Assembly (NCBI GenBank): GCA_016214745.1
Contig: JACRNW010000009.1
Span: forward strand, 1 to 60,671
Source: Candidatus Falkowbacteria bacterium
GTDB lineage: Bacteria > Patescibacteriota > Patescibacteriia > XYB2-FULL-38-15
Direction: 5' to 3'
Length of the DNA stretch: 60,671 nt
The notes under the pieces: generated by a model
Told to the model about the DNA's origin: nothing
The model's input: the letters and a program-made list of their open reading frames with translations, nothing else
Database searches by the model: none
In this document: piece after piece, positions 25,383-34,187 of the stretch
Layout: the number at the start of each line of letters is the position of its first letter
Numbering within the stretch: position 1 is the stretch's first letter
Program-made: the position numbers and the translations under genes

Positions 25383-26675
25383 TTACTGTCTAATTAGCGA
25401 CAAAAACTCATTCGCGGTATTTATCAAACTGAATTTTTCCGCTTGTTTTTTGCCTTTTTCAACTAAACTTTTCCGCAAATTTTCATCAGTCAAACATTCG
25501 GCCATTGCTTTTGCCATTTCAGCCGGATTATACGGATCAACCATTAACGCCGCCTCACCCATTACCTCAGGTAGGGAAGAATTTGTGCTTACGATAACCG
25601 GCGTTCCGACTTGAGCTGCCTCTAACGGAGGAAAACCAAATCCTTCGTAAAAAGAAGGATAAACAAAAAGCCGCGCCAATTTATAAAAAGCAAATTTTTC
25701 TTCGGGAGAAATATAATTTATAAATTTTATGTCATCGCGTACCGGACTTTTTTCCGCCCGCGCCAAGATTCTTTTACAAAGCCACCCGCGCGGACCGACG
25801 ATGACTAACTTATAACTTATAACTTGGAACTTAGAACTTTGTTTGAAAATTTCAAAAGCTCTAATCAATCCCTTAATATTTTTTCTCGGCTCAAGCGTCC
25901 CCAAAAATAAAATAAAATTCTCCGGCAAATTATATTTTTTCTTAACTTCCTCAAGCCCCCTCACCCCCGCCTGCCACGCTAGCGCTGGCGTTGCGGGCAG
26001 GCCAACCCTCTCCCCGCTGGGGCGAGGGAGATTTTCCGCAATTTCCTCTCCCCTTGGGGGAGAGGCTAGGTGAGGGGTGACGCCGGAGCAAATGACACCG
26101 ACTTTTTCTGACACCACTTTGTATAACTCAACCAAATCTCTCTTCGTATTTTCCGAAACGGCAATGATTTTGTCCGCGCCGCGAATTAATTTTTGTGGAT
26201 TTACAAACCGATGCCACAGCCGCCGCTTCCAAGAAAAAAATCTCGGGTAGCGCAGAAAGGACAAATCGTGGATAGTGATAATCTTTTTCACGCCGCGCGA
26301 TACGGCAAGAAAATTGAGATTGGGAATAAAAAATAAATTCAGTTTCCCCTCACCCTTCCCTCTCCCCGACGGGGAGAGGGGCACCATGAACCATGAACTA
26401 TGAACTATCAACCGATCGATTTTCGGCCACCGCAAAAATTTAAAACAAAAATTCAATAATTTATTTGGCCACCTAAACCCGCAAAAATGAACGTTTTGAT
26501 ATTTTTTCCACTCTACTAAAAAATTATCTTCAACCTTTTTAAAAGAATTATAAAAAAGATAATATTGATTTTCTTTATCAATATCAAAAATGGCGTTCAA
26601 GAGTTCATATGTATACTCCCCAACGCCACTCCGCTCTTTTTCGAGCAATGACCTTATGTCAATCCCGATATTCAT
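25383..26675 (-). CDS. glycosyltransferase family 4 with in-frame palindromic insertions
   Basis: It has the EGFGFPPLEAAQVGTPVIVS motif. At 430 aa it is longer than its neighbours because of inserted segments. Confidence 0.85.
   Translation of the reverse strand: MNIGIDIRSLLEKERSGVGEYTYELLNAIFDIDKENQYYLFYNSFKKVEDNFLVEWKKYQNVHFCGFRWPNKLLNFCFKFLRWPKIDRLIVHSSWFMVPLSPSGRGKGEGKLNLFFIPNLNFLAVSRGVKKIITIHDLSFLRYPRFFSWKRRLWHRFVNPQKLIRGADKIIAVSENTKRDLVELYKVVSEKVGVICSGVTPHLASPPRGEEIAENLPRPSGERVGLPATPALAWQAGVRGLEEVKKKYNLPENFILFLGTLEPRKNIKGLIRAFEIFKQSSKFQVISYKLVIVGPRGWLCKRILARAEKSPVRDDIKFINYISPEEKFAFYKLARLFVYPSFYEGFGFPPLEAAQVGTPVIVSTNSSLPEVMGEAALMVDPYNPAEMAKAMAECLTDENLRKSLVEKGKKQAEKFSLINTANEFLSLIRQ
25807..25841. 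repeat. heptanucleotide tandem repeat AACTTAT AACTTAT AACTTGG AACTTAG AACTTTG (inside an ORF)
   Basis: This is read directly. Confidence 0.85.
25957..26077. repeat. compound G/C-rich palindromic element inside the GT4 ORF
   Basis: The outer pairing is CCCCTCACC...GGTGAGGGG. It encloses CCTGCC..GGCAGG, CCCTCTCCCC-gct-GGGGCGAGGG and CCTCTCCCC-tt-GGGGGAGAGG. Confidence 0.8.
26346..26381. repeat. G/C-rich palindromic element (CCCCTCACCC + CCCTCTCCCC-gac-GGGGAGAGGG) inside the GT4 ORF
   Basis: This is read directly. It is followed by the heptamer repeat CATGAAC x2 / TATGAAC / TATCAAC at 26385..26412. Confidence 0.8.
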
Positions 26676-26676
26676 A

Positions 26677-27777
26677 TTATTTATTCTGAAATTCCTGCCA
26701 GCTTTTTTCTATATAATTTTTTATTTTTTCTTTGAAAGCGCCCGTGTCAAACTGCGCCGCGTGCGCCCGGATTTCTTCCGGCTTATATTCTTCCGGCTTA
26801 AATCTAATAATTGTATGCGCGAGCGACTCCCAATTTTGATCCGGAAAAAATTTTCCCGTTTTCCCTTCCACTACGGTTTCCATCGCTCCGCCTTTCGGAT
26901 AAGCAATGACCGGACGGCCGGAGGCCATGGCCTCAACCGCCATCAAACCAAAATCTTCTTCCTGCGGATGAATAAAGGCCAAACATTTTCCGTATAACTC
27001 TTTTTTTTCTTCGTCTGAAATTTTTCCCAAAAATTTAATATTAGGCTTGGCCATGGCTTTTAATTTTTGAAGTTCCGGTCCTTCACCAAAAATTTTTAAA
27101 GGAATGCCGAGCTTATTAAAAGCTTGGACCACCAGATCAAACCGTTTGTAAGGCACGAGCCGCCCTCCGGCCAAATAATAATTTTCCTGAGCCGGAAAAA
27201 TTTTAAACCCGGAAACATCAACCGGCGGATAAATCACTTCGCTTTCCCGGCCATAATATTTAGAAATTCTTTTTTGCACGGTTTTTGAGTTGGCGACAAA
27301 TTTATCCACGCGCTCGGCCGCCATTCTGTCCCAAATCCGCAGACGCGGCAACATGAGAGATACCGCCTTTTTGACGAGCGATCCATGCGACAACTCTTTT
27401 ATATAAAGATGCGTATCGGTCCACAAATATCGGGTCGGCGTATGACAATAACAAATATGAAAACTGTCCGGCCGGGTAATAACGCCCTTTGACAGGGCGC
27501 TTGAGTTGGAAAGCACCACGTCAAAATTATCCAATTCATGTTTTTCCGTAGCGAGCGGCATCAAGGGTAAAAACCATTTAAATTTTTTTACTCCACCGGG
27601 AATTTTTTGGATAAAAGATGTTTTAATATTTTTTCCATCAAACTCCTTACCCATTTTTTTCTTATCATAAACTAAGGCATAAACCGGAGCCTCCGGAAAA
27701 ATCTCCCGGAAAACCCGAAGCACCCTTTCCGCCCCTCCGTCTTGAGTTAGATGATCATGAACTAAAGCAATCTTCAT
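26677..27777 (-). CDS. glycosyltransferase family 4
   Basis: It has the MKIALVHDHLTQDGGAERV N-terminus and the EDFGLMAVEAMASGRPVIAY motif. Confidence 0.85.
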   Translation of the reverse strand: MKIALVHDHLTQDGGAERVLRVFREIFPEAPVYALVYDKKKMGKEFDGKNIKTSFIQKIPGGVKKFKWFLPLMPLATEKHELDNFDVVLSNSSALSKGVITRPDSFHICYCHTPTRYLWTDTHLYIKELSHGSLVKKAVSLMLPRLRIWDRMAAERVDKFVANSKTVQKRISKYYGRESEVIYPPVDVSGFKIFPAQENYYLAGGRLVPYKRFDLVVQAFNKLGIPLKIFGEGPELQKLKAMAKPNIKFLGKISDEEKKELYGKCLAFIHPQEEDFGLMAVEAMASGRPVIAYPKGGAMETVVEGKTGKFFPDQNWESLAHTIIRFKPEEYKPEEIRAHAAQFDTGAFKEKIKNYIEKSWQEFQNK

Positions 27778-27801
27778 AACAACTTTTATTTCACGCTAAT
27801 T

Positions 27802-29214
27802 TTATTTTGCGCCCTTTCCAAACAAAACAACAAACGGCGTTTTAAACAAAATATATAAATCAAGTTTTAGCGACCAATTCTCAATATAGTAAACGTCAAT
27901 TTTTACTTCCTCTTCAAAATCTAAATCGGCGCGACCGGAAATTTGAGCCAAACCAGTAATCCCCGGCTTCACAATCAAAACTTTTTTGTGGTGTTTTTTA
28001 TATTTAGCGACTTCTTCGGGCAAATGCGGCCGCGGACCGACCAAACTCATTTTGCCGGTAAGCACCAAAAAAAATTCCGGCAATTCATCAATGCTAAAAC
28101 GCCGAATAAATTTTCCCACGCGCGTTATCCGCGGATCATCTTTTATTTTAACAAGCGGACCTTTCCTCGTATCTTGCTCGGCAAGTTCAGTATAACGCAA
28201 ATTATGCGTTCCGGGTTTCATCGAACGAAATTTAAAATAATGAAATAACTCACCATGCTGGCCAACGCGCTTTACTTCGCTTCCGTCGTCCAAACGGCTC
28301 CAAAAAACCGGACCGCGCGAATCCAATTTAATGGCAATCGCCGTAAGAATCATAATCGGCGACACGATGATTATCAAAATCAAAGAACCGACAATATCAA
28401 AAATTCTTTTGTAAATTCTTCCCCATCCTTCAAGGCGAGTTCTTTTAATTTCCGCCACTGGCACGCCGGCATAGTCGCGAATATCAATTTTCGCCGCCTG
28501 AACGGAAAAAAGATCGGCTGAATATTTAAAAACAATGTGACGCTCGTTGCAAAAATCTATAAGGCCAAGCGTTTCTTCCCGGCTCGCGCCACTCTGGGCC
28601 TGGATTACTTCATCAACTCCGACTGTTTGATAAAGTTCCCCAATTTCTTTTGCCGCTTCGTCATCAAATTTTCTATATCGCTTAATAACTTTCAGACCCA
28701 GCCCTTGATTTTTATAAAATTCATTAACCAAAACATCAGCCGCTTCATCTTCTCCGATGATTACAACCCGATGAACCCCAACGCCCCGCCGGAAAAGCGC
28801 CCGTTGGATAAAACGGGTAGTCAGTCGCCCAAAACTTACAAAAATAATGGCAAAAATCCAGGCGGCGAGAATTATAAAACGGGATGAAAATAAATCCCGA
28901 TTAAAAAAAATCAAAACGATGATAACGGCTAAACCGGCGGAACAGGCCAGAAAAATCTTGGCGAGTTCGTCCAAAATTCGCCGCGTGCCGCCAATAGTGT
29001 AAAGTCCCGACAGGGCAAAAATTAAAAGCCAAATCAGACCCGTGAACGCCGCGATATTTAAAAATTCCCCGAAAGGCATTTCATAAATAATCGGCCGCAG
29101 AGCGGCGAACGTCGCGAATCTTAAAAAATACGCGGCCAGAGCTGCCGCGACGAGCATTAAAAAATCCAAGGGAACCAAGATCGCTGAAAAAATTAGTTCT
29201 GACTTTTTGAGCAT
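27802..29214 (-). CDS. polyprenyl-phosphate sugar phosphotransferase (WbaP/EpsB-type bacterial sugar transferase)
   Basis: It has multiple N-terminal TM segments. The C-terminal domain contains KFRSM and DELPEFFLVLTGKMSLVGPRP. Confidence 0.9.
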   Translation of the reverse strand: MLKKSELIFSAILVPLDFLMLVAAALAAYFLRFATFAALRPIIYEMPFGEFLNIAAFTGLIWLLIFALSGLYTIGGTRRILDELAKIFLACSAGLAVIIVLIFFNRDLFSSRFIILAAWIFAIIFVSFGRLTTRFIQRALFRRGVGVHRVVIIGEDEAADVLVNEFYKNQGLGLKVIKRYRKFDDEAAKEIGELYQTVGVDEVIQAQSGASREETLGLIDFCNERHIVFKYSADLFSVQAAKIDIRDYAGVPVAEIKRTRLEGWGRIYKRIFDIVGSLILIIIVSPIMILTAIAIKLDSRGPVFWSRLDDGSEVKRVGQHGELFHYFKFRSMKPGTHNLRYTELAEQDTRKGPLVKIKDDPRITRVGKFIRRFSIDELPEFFLVLTGKMSLVGPRPHLPEEVAKYKKHHKKVLIVKPGITGLAQISGRADLDFEEEVKIDVYYIENWSLKLDLYILFKTPFVVLFGKGAK

Positions 29215-29444
29215 ATATATTAGGTAATAAAGATGATGCCCTAAAATTTATCCGAGTAACTGTAAGCCGGATTCTGTGCCTTGCCCAACTTTTGATTGGG
29301 CAAGCGGTAGTCATCTATCTAGGATTTTGATTGCTCAAAACCTCAAGCGGCTGTTTTTGGCCTTGCACCGGATAGGTGTTTTCCCCAGCGCCCGTCACCG
29401 GGCTGTCCTGCGTGAGCTCTTACCTCACGATTTAACCCTTGCCT

Positions 29445-29520
29445 CCCCCACTTACCTTGGCATAAATCTCTCGCATTTTTATCTACCATCAAAACCAATT
29501 CATGCCAAAGTAAGTGGGGG
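29445..29520. repeat. CCCCCACTTAC-clamped hairpin at the P12 position of rnpB
   Basis: The arms are CCCCCACTTACCTTGGCAT...ATGCCAAAGTAAGTGGGGG. Confidence 0.8.
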
Positions 29521-29660
29521 ATCGGCGGTATGTTTCTGTTGCACTGTCCGTGGGCTTGGTCACTTGATGTTCGATTAAAGCTGCACCTTCCGCGTAAACG
29601 GAAGACACAACACACAAACAGAAATGCTTACTCCCCGTCGCTGTTAGCGACTATCTCTCT

Positions 29661-29714
29661 CCCCCACTTACTTTGACATAAATTATCGACGATTAATGTC
29701 AAGGTAAGTGGGGG
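29661..29714. repeat. CCCCCACTTAC-clamped hairpin inside rnpB
   Basis: The arms are CCCCCACTTACTTTGACAT...ATGTCAAGGTAAGTGGGGG. Confidence 0.8.
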
Positions 29715-29733
29715 ACGGTGTCCGGACTTTCCT

Positions 29734-30028
29734 CCCCCCACTTATTAAGCCTCATTCAAACTATGTCTCAATCTTTCCCTGATTCTGCGATAACCCTGTT
29801 TAAACATCTTTAATTTCCGCTCCCTGTCCCGTGCGTCTTTTGATGATTTATATGCTTCATAATAAACCAACTCAAATGGAGCACCGCTCTTCGTGGATTT
29901 AGATTGTTTCTTGTTATGTTCTTCTAGCCGCCTTCTCAAATCAGAAGTAAAACCAATATATAATTTTCCATTAATTTTACTTCTAAGAATGTAGCAATAA
30001 TGCATAACAAGGCTTAATAAGTGGGGGG
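29734..30028. repeat. CCCCCCACTTATTAAGCC-clamped hairpin at the P3 position of rnpB, enclosing the GIY-YIG ORF
   Basis: The 18-nt arms at 29734..29751 and 30011..30028 are perfectly complementary. Confidence 0.85.
29745..30005 (-). CDS. GIY-YIG nuclease superfamily protein (UPF0213/YhbQ-like, 86 aa)
   Basis: The protein reads MHYCYILRS..GKLYIGFTSDLRRRLEEHN...YYEAY.S..DARDRERKLK. It has the same orientation as rnpB, and its stop codon lies within the hairpin arm. Confidence 0.8.
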   Translation of the reverse strand: MHYCYILRSKINGKLYIGFTSDLRRRLEEHNKKQSKSTKSGAPFELVYYEAYKSSKDARDRERKLKMFKQGYRRIRERLRHSLNEA

Positions 30029-30074
30029 TAACTACCCATTACTCGGATAAATTTTAAGGTACCAAAATATCCTT

Positions 30075-30104
30075 TAAAATACCACAAATTTATAATTTTG
30101 TCAA
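30075..30104 (-). promoter_or_regulatory. candidate rnpB promoter TTGACA-N18-TATTTT
   Basis: It reads on the reverse complement immediately after the trpS stop. Confidence 0.4.
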
Positions 30105-30106
30105 CC

Positions 30107-31087
30107 CTAGCCCAACCCGGTTTTCTTTTTCACTTCAGCCAAAGTTTCGGAGGCCAATTGTCTTGCTTTTTCCGCGCCGACTCGCAAAATTTTCTGAACC
30201 CTCTCCGGATCTTTTTCCAACTCTTTTCTTTTCTTTCTAAAATCTTCAAATTCATCGGCAATATTTTTTGCCAAAATCTTTTTACACTCAAGACAACCGA
30301 ATTTCGCGTGGCGGCAAGAGTCAGCGACCATTTTAATTTGTTCCGGCAGCGACATTATTTTATGCAAACTATAAATGTTACAGATTTCAGGATTACCCGG
30401 ATCATTAATTGTTTTTCTTGCGGGATCAGTCACAGCCGGAGCTAATTTTTTCCAAATCTCTTCCGGCGTGTCGGAAAGTAAAATTCCCCCGCCGCCGGTC
30501 TTGCTCATTTTTTTCGTCGGATCATCCAAAGACATTATTCTCGCGCCTTTCGTCAGCGCCTCTTTGGGCAAAGGAAAAGTTTTACCAAACATTTTGTTAA
30601 AACGCCCGGCGATTTCCCGCGCGAGTTCAATATGCGGCAGTTGATCTTCGCCGACCGGGACAATATCTGATTTATAAATCAAAATATCCGCGGCCATCAA
30701 AACCGGATAAGACAAAAGTCCGAGATTAATATATTCCGGATGCAGCGCCACTTTTTCTTTGTAAGTCGGCACGCGCTCCAGCCATGACACCGGCGTGATC
30801 GTTCCCAAAATCCAGGCGAGTTCCGTGTGCTCCGGCACTTGCGATTGGATAATCAGAGTACTTTTTTTCGGATCAATTCCGGCAGCCAGATAATCCAAAA
30901 CCACTTCGTATTTTTCCTTCATCATTTCTTTTGGATCGTAGGGAGTTGTCATGCCATGATAATCAACCACGGCAAAAATACAGTCAGCTTCATCCTGAAG
31001 TTTTAACCAATTTTCAATCGCACCAAAATAGTTGCCGATGTGCAATCTTCCCGATGGCCTAATTCCTGAAAAAACGCGTGGTTTCAT
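30107..31087 (-). CDS. trpS: tryptophan--tRNA ligase
   Basis: It has the GRLHIGNYFGA (HIGH-type) and KMSKTGGG (KMSKS) motifs. Confidence 0.95.
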   Translation of the reverse strand: MKPRVFSGIRPSGRLHIGNYFGAIENWLKLQDEADCIFAVVDYHGMTTPYDPKEMMKEKYEVVLDYLAAGIDPKKSTLIIQSQVPEHTELAWILGTITPVSWLERVPTYKEKVALHPEYINLGLLSYPVLMAADILIYKSDIVPVGEDQLPHIELAREIAGRFNKMFGKTFPLPKEALTKGARIMSLDDPTKKMSKTGGGGILLSDTPEEIWKKLAPAVTDPARKTINDPGNPEICNIYSLHKIMSLPEQIKMVADSCRHAKFGCLECKKILAKNIADEFEDFRKKRKELEKDPERVQKILRVGAEKARQLASETLAEVKKKTGLG

Positions 31088-31117
31088 AGTCTAACCACAT
31101 TAAAAATTATTGAAAAC

Positions 31118-32200
31118 TTAAAACCTTTCAAAGTTAAACCAACAATCTTGAGGCATATCGGGCGGACTGTCTTGTGGCTGCCACCACGCAAGCAAATCTC
31201 CATTTTTTAAATGCAAGATGATTTGTGGCTTACTCAACATTTCACCCGATGGCAATTTATCATACGCTGCTTGAGTGTAAATTGAGTATTCGCCCCACGC
31301 GGGGAACTCTGTTCCCCAAACTTTTGACCCCGGCGCAAAGATTCCGTAACTTTTTATTGAATTTTCGGAAGATTCCATTATTTTAACATCGTAATAATCT
31401 GCGCAAGATTTTGTCGTACCGGTAATTCTAAAATTATATGTATCATCCTGGAAGAGAAGATATTCTTCAATTTTTTTCTCGGTCGGGGTTATGGTTCCGG
31501 AGGAAAGCTGATAGCGTATATCTGTTAATGTTTGTTCACAAAGGGCTAACGCAGCCATTTTTTCTACATAGCCAGGCTCTTCAGGTTCCGGCGCCGCTCC
31601 GCCAGTGCCACACCCGCCTACCCAAAGTAATTTATCAGAATACGCACGCAGTGGGGAAAAACCGCCAACATTGCAGAAAGCAGTATTGTCATTACCAAAA
31701 CCAACAAATTTTTCGTTGGTCCAGCTGTTATAATTTGGCGTGACAACTAAAATTACACCATATAAATTTAAAGTTTTTCTACTCCCACTATTTGCTTGAT
31801 CAAGAAAACTATTAAACTCCTGATTACTACACTTCCCTGACCCAACCTGCACGCCGGTATTTTCTTGATAAAGAGACCAATTTTCAACCTGATCCGCGAC
31901 AGGAGCAACACATTTTCCTTTATCGCAAACGAAATCTCCCAAACATGGTTCCGCCGTGCTACACTCCGGAGATTCTAATCGCGCCGTTAAATCATCTATT
32001 TGCTGTTGCAAAGATTGCTTCGCGTTCGTTAAATTTTCCTCTGCAGTTTGTAATTGCAGGTTTTGCCAGAAATAAACTCCACCGCCCGCGATAGCAGCCG
32101 TCGCTATTACGGAAATTATTACTGCCAGAACAGTATGACCTTTTTTCGGTTTTGGTATGTCTAAAACCGGCTGGTTTTCTACAATCGGTTGATTTTCCAT
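31118..32200 (-). CDS. membrane-anchored hypothetical protein
   Basis: It is a 360-aa ORF with a single TM segment (VLAVIISVIATAAIAGGGVYFW) and a coiled segment followed by a Cys-containing ectodomain. Confidence 0.7.
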   Translation of the reverse strand: MENQPIVENQPVLDIPKPKKGHTVLAVIISVIATAAIAGGGVYFWQNLQLQTAEENLTNAKQSLQQQIDDLTARLESPECSTAEPCLGDFVCDKGKCVAPVADQVENWSLYQENTGVQVGSGKCSNQEFNSFLDQANSGSRKTLNLYGVILVVTPNYNSWTNEKFVGFGNDNTAFCNVGGFSPLRAYSDKLLWVGGCGTGGAAPEPEEPGYVEKMAALALCEQTLTDIRYQLSSGTITPTEKKIEEYLLFQDDTYNFRITGTTKSCADYYDVKIMESSENSIKSYGIFAPGSKVWGTEFPAWGEYSIYTQAAYDKLPSGEMLSKPQIILHLKNGDLLAWWQPQDSPPDMPQDCWFNFERF

Positions 32201-32232
32201 AATGAGTTTATAAATTATTAACTATAATATCA

Positions 32233-33984
32233 TTATACCTCAATTATGACCGGGAGCACCATTGGCCGGCGTTCGGTTTTGGTAAAGAGGAATTGACCAA
32301 TATTGTCGCGGATTTTATTTTTGATGAAAACATTGTCCGCCGCCGATTTCGGATCGCGGTCGGAAATTAATTTTTTCACTTTAGCGCGAACTTGCTCAAT
32401 CAATTCTTTGCTCTCGCGCATATAAACAAAACCGCGGGAAATAATATCCGGACTGCCAATCAAATAACCTGTCTTCGTGTCAACCGTCACGATAATCACA
32501 ATCATGCCATCCTCGGCCATCATCTTTCGATCGCGAAGCACGACTTGGCTCACGTCACCCACGCCCAAACCATCAACCATTACATAATCCGATTGAACGC
32601 GTTGCGGCGTTAGTCGTCCCGCCGCGCCATACGGTTCTTTAGCCGCGGCCTGAAACTCTATTATCTGACCATTATCCGCGACAAAAATATTTTTGGGATC
32701 AAGGCCAATACTCTCCGCGATTTTGGCGTTCATCCGCAAATGCGAATGGCTGCCTTCAATCGGAATAAAATATTTTGGATTGACCAAACGAATCATCAAT
32801 TTAATGTCTTCTGCTTTAGCGTGACCGCCGGCGTGAATGTCCATCATTTTATAATGAACAACCTCGGCGCCTTTGCGATAGAGCGTATCTTTTAATCTTT
32901 GAATTGTTCGTTCATTACCCGGGACAACCGACGAAGAAAAGACAACCGTATCTTTCGGTTCAATTCTGATAAAACGATGCTCTTCATTTGCGATCCGCAT
33001 CAAAACCGCCCGCTCTTCGCCCTGGGCACCGGTGCAAACAATAATTATTTTTTCCTGAGGAAAATTATGGACGTCGGCAATATCAATCAGCGTCCCCTGT
33101 TTTACTTTAAGATAGCCGAGCACTTTTATAATTTCCACGTTGGTCTTCATGCTGAAACCGTCAACCGCGACTTTTTTCCCCATCTCTTCCGCGATACGAA
33201 TAATCTGTTCAACTCTTGAAAGAAGCGAAGAAAAAGTTCCAATAATAATTCTGCCCGGCGCTTTTTCAATCAAGGTTTTTAAATTTTTTCCGATTTCCTG
33301 TTCGGAAATTTGGTGACCTTCTTCCGGAGCATTCGTACTGTCAGACATTAATGCCAAAACTCCTTTTCGTCCGACTTCGGAAATTTTCGCGAAATCGGCC
33401 GGCCGTTCATCAACCGGAGTATAATCAAATTTCCAATCGCCGGTATGCATAATCGTGCCGACCGGAGTATGAACCACTACCGCGACGGAATCGGGAATAT
33501 TGTGATTCACGTGAATAAATTCCACTCCAAATTTTCCCAGAGCCAAAACGTCGTCGGTTTTTACCACGGCTAAATTTAATTTTGTGCTCTTGTAATCCTC
33601 TTGGCGTTTTTTAATAATGGCCAAAGTCAATTGCGTGCCATAAATCGTAGGGTTGCCAAGCCGCGGCACAAGATGCGGAATGGCGCCAATATGATCGTAA
33701 TGGCCGTGGGTAATAATCACGCCGCGAATATTTTTTTCTTTTCCTTTAAGATATGAAACATTTGGGATGATATAATCAATTCCCGGCATGTCTTCTTCCG
33801 GAAATTGCAAACCCATATCAATCAAAATGATATCGTTTTCATATTCCAAAAGAGTCATGTTCCGGCCGACCTCTTCAAGGCCGCCGAGCACGATCACTTT
33901 TAATCTCGGCGTGCCCACGCTTTTTTGATGATACCTCTGGCCGCCGTGTGTTTTTTGTTTTGTTGATTTTTTATAAAACATCAT
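32233..33984 (-). CDS. rnj: ribonuclease J
   Basis: It has the MBL motif ITHGHYDHIGAIPHL and beta-CASP-like architecture, and its 583-aa length fits. Confidence 0.9.
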   Translation of the reverse strand: MMFYKKSTKQKTHGGQRYHQKSVGTPRLKVIVLGGLEEVGRNMTLLEYENDIILIDMGLQFPEEDMPGIDYIIPNVSYLKGKEKNIRGVIITHGHYDHIGAIPHLVPRLGNPTIYGTQLTLAIIKKRQEDYKSTKLNLAVVKTDDVLALGKFGVEFIHVNHNIPDSVAVVVHTPVGTIMHTGDWKFDYTPVDERPADFAKISEVGRKGVLALMSDSTNAPEEGHQISEQEIGKNLKTLIEKAPGRIIIGTFSSLLSRVEQIIRIAEEMGKKVAVDGFSMKTNVEIIKVLGYLKVKQGTLIDIADVHNFPQEKIIIVCTGAQGEERAVLMRIANEEHRFIRIEPKDTVVFSSSVVPGNERTIQRLKDTLYRKGAEVVHYKMMDIHAGGHAKAEDIKLMIRLVNPKYFIPIEGSHSHLRMNAKIAESIGLDPKNIFVADNGQIIEFQAAAKEPYGAAGRLTPQRVQSDYVMVDGLGVGDVSQVVLRDRKMMAEDGMIVIIVTVDTKTGYLIGSPDIISRGFVYMRESKELIEQVRAKVKKLISDRDPKSAADNVFIKNKIRDNIGQFLFTKTERRPMVLPVIIEV

Positions 33985-34079
33985 AAATAAATAAAATTAA
34001 ACTATTATAAATTAAATGCCGGAGGGGAGAGTTGAACTCCCATGGCCTTGCGGCCACACGGCTCTGAACCGTGCGCCTG

Positions 34080-34187
34080 CCCCCACACCAATGCCGCGGG
34101 TGGGAGTTGAACCCACATGACCTTGCGGCCACACGGCTCTGAACCGTGCGTGTATACCATTTCACCACCGCGGCATTGGTGTGGGGG
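34080..34187. repeat. CCCCCACACCAAT ... ATTGGTGTGGGGG hairpin element carrying a complete tRNA
   Basis: The 13-nt arms stack continuously on the acceptor stem of the inner tRNA, giving a perfect 20-bp helix. Confidence 0.8.
34092..34174 (-). tRNA. tRNA-Leu(CAG), class II with a long variable arm
   Basis: The acceptor is GCCGCGG/CCGCGGC, the anticodon loop TTCAGAG, the variable arm TGGCCGCAAGGTCAT and the T-arm GTGGG-TTCAACT-CCCAC. No CCA is encoded. Confidence 0.9.

Larger units (their letters stand above)
29245..30053 (-). ncRNA. rnpB: RNase P RNA (bacterial type A-like) with large insertions
   Basis: On the reverse complement, P1 pairs TTTATCCGAGTAA with TTACTCGGATAAA. Conserved blocks present are GGAGGAAAGTCCGGAC, ACAGTGCAACAGAAACATACCGCCGAT, GGTAAGAGCTCAC, CAAGGCCAAA and ACAGAATCCGGCTTA. 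Confidence 0.9.

Noticed and set aside
29276-29615. ORFs 29276..29578(+) and 29343..29615(-).
   Set aside because: They lie inside the RNase P RNA gene and have no translation signals.
29734-30028. Group I or group II intron carrying the GIY-YIG ORF in rnpB.
   Set aside because: There is no recognisable intron core: no GUGYG...AY ends or domain V, and no P3-P9 group I core. The insert is a simple extended hairpin with the ORF in its loop.
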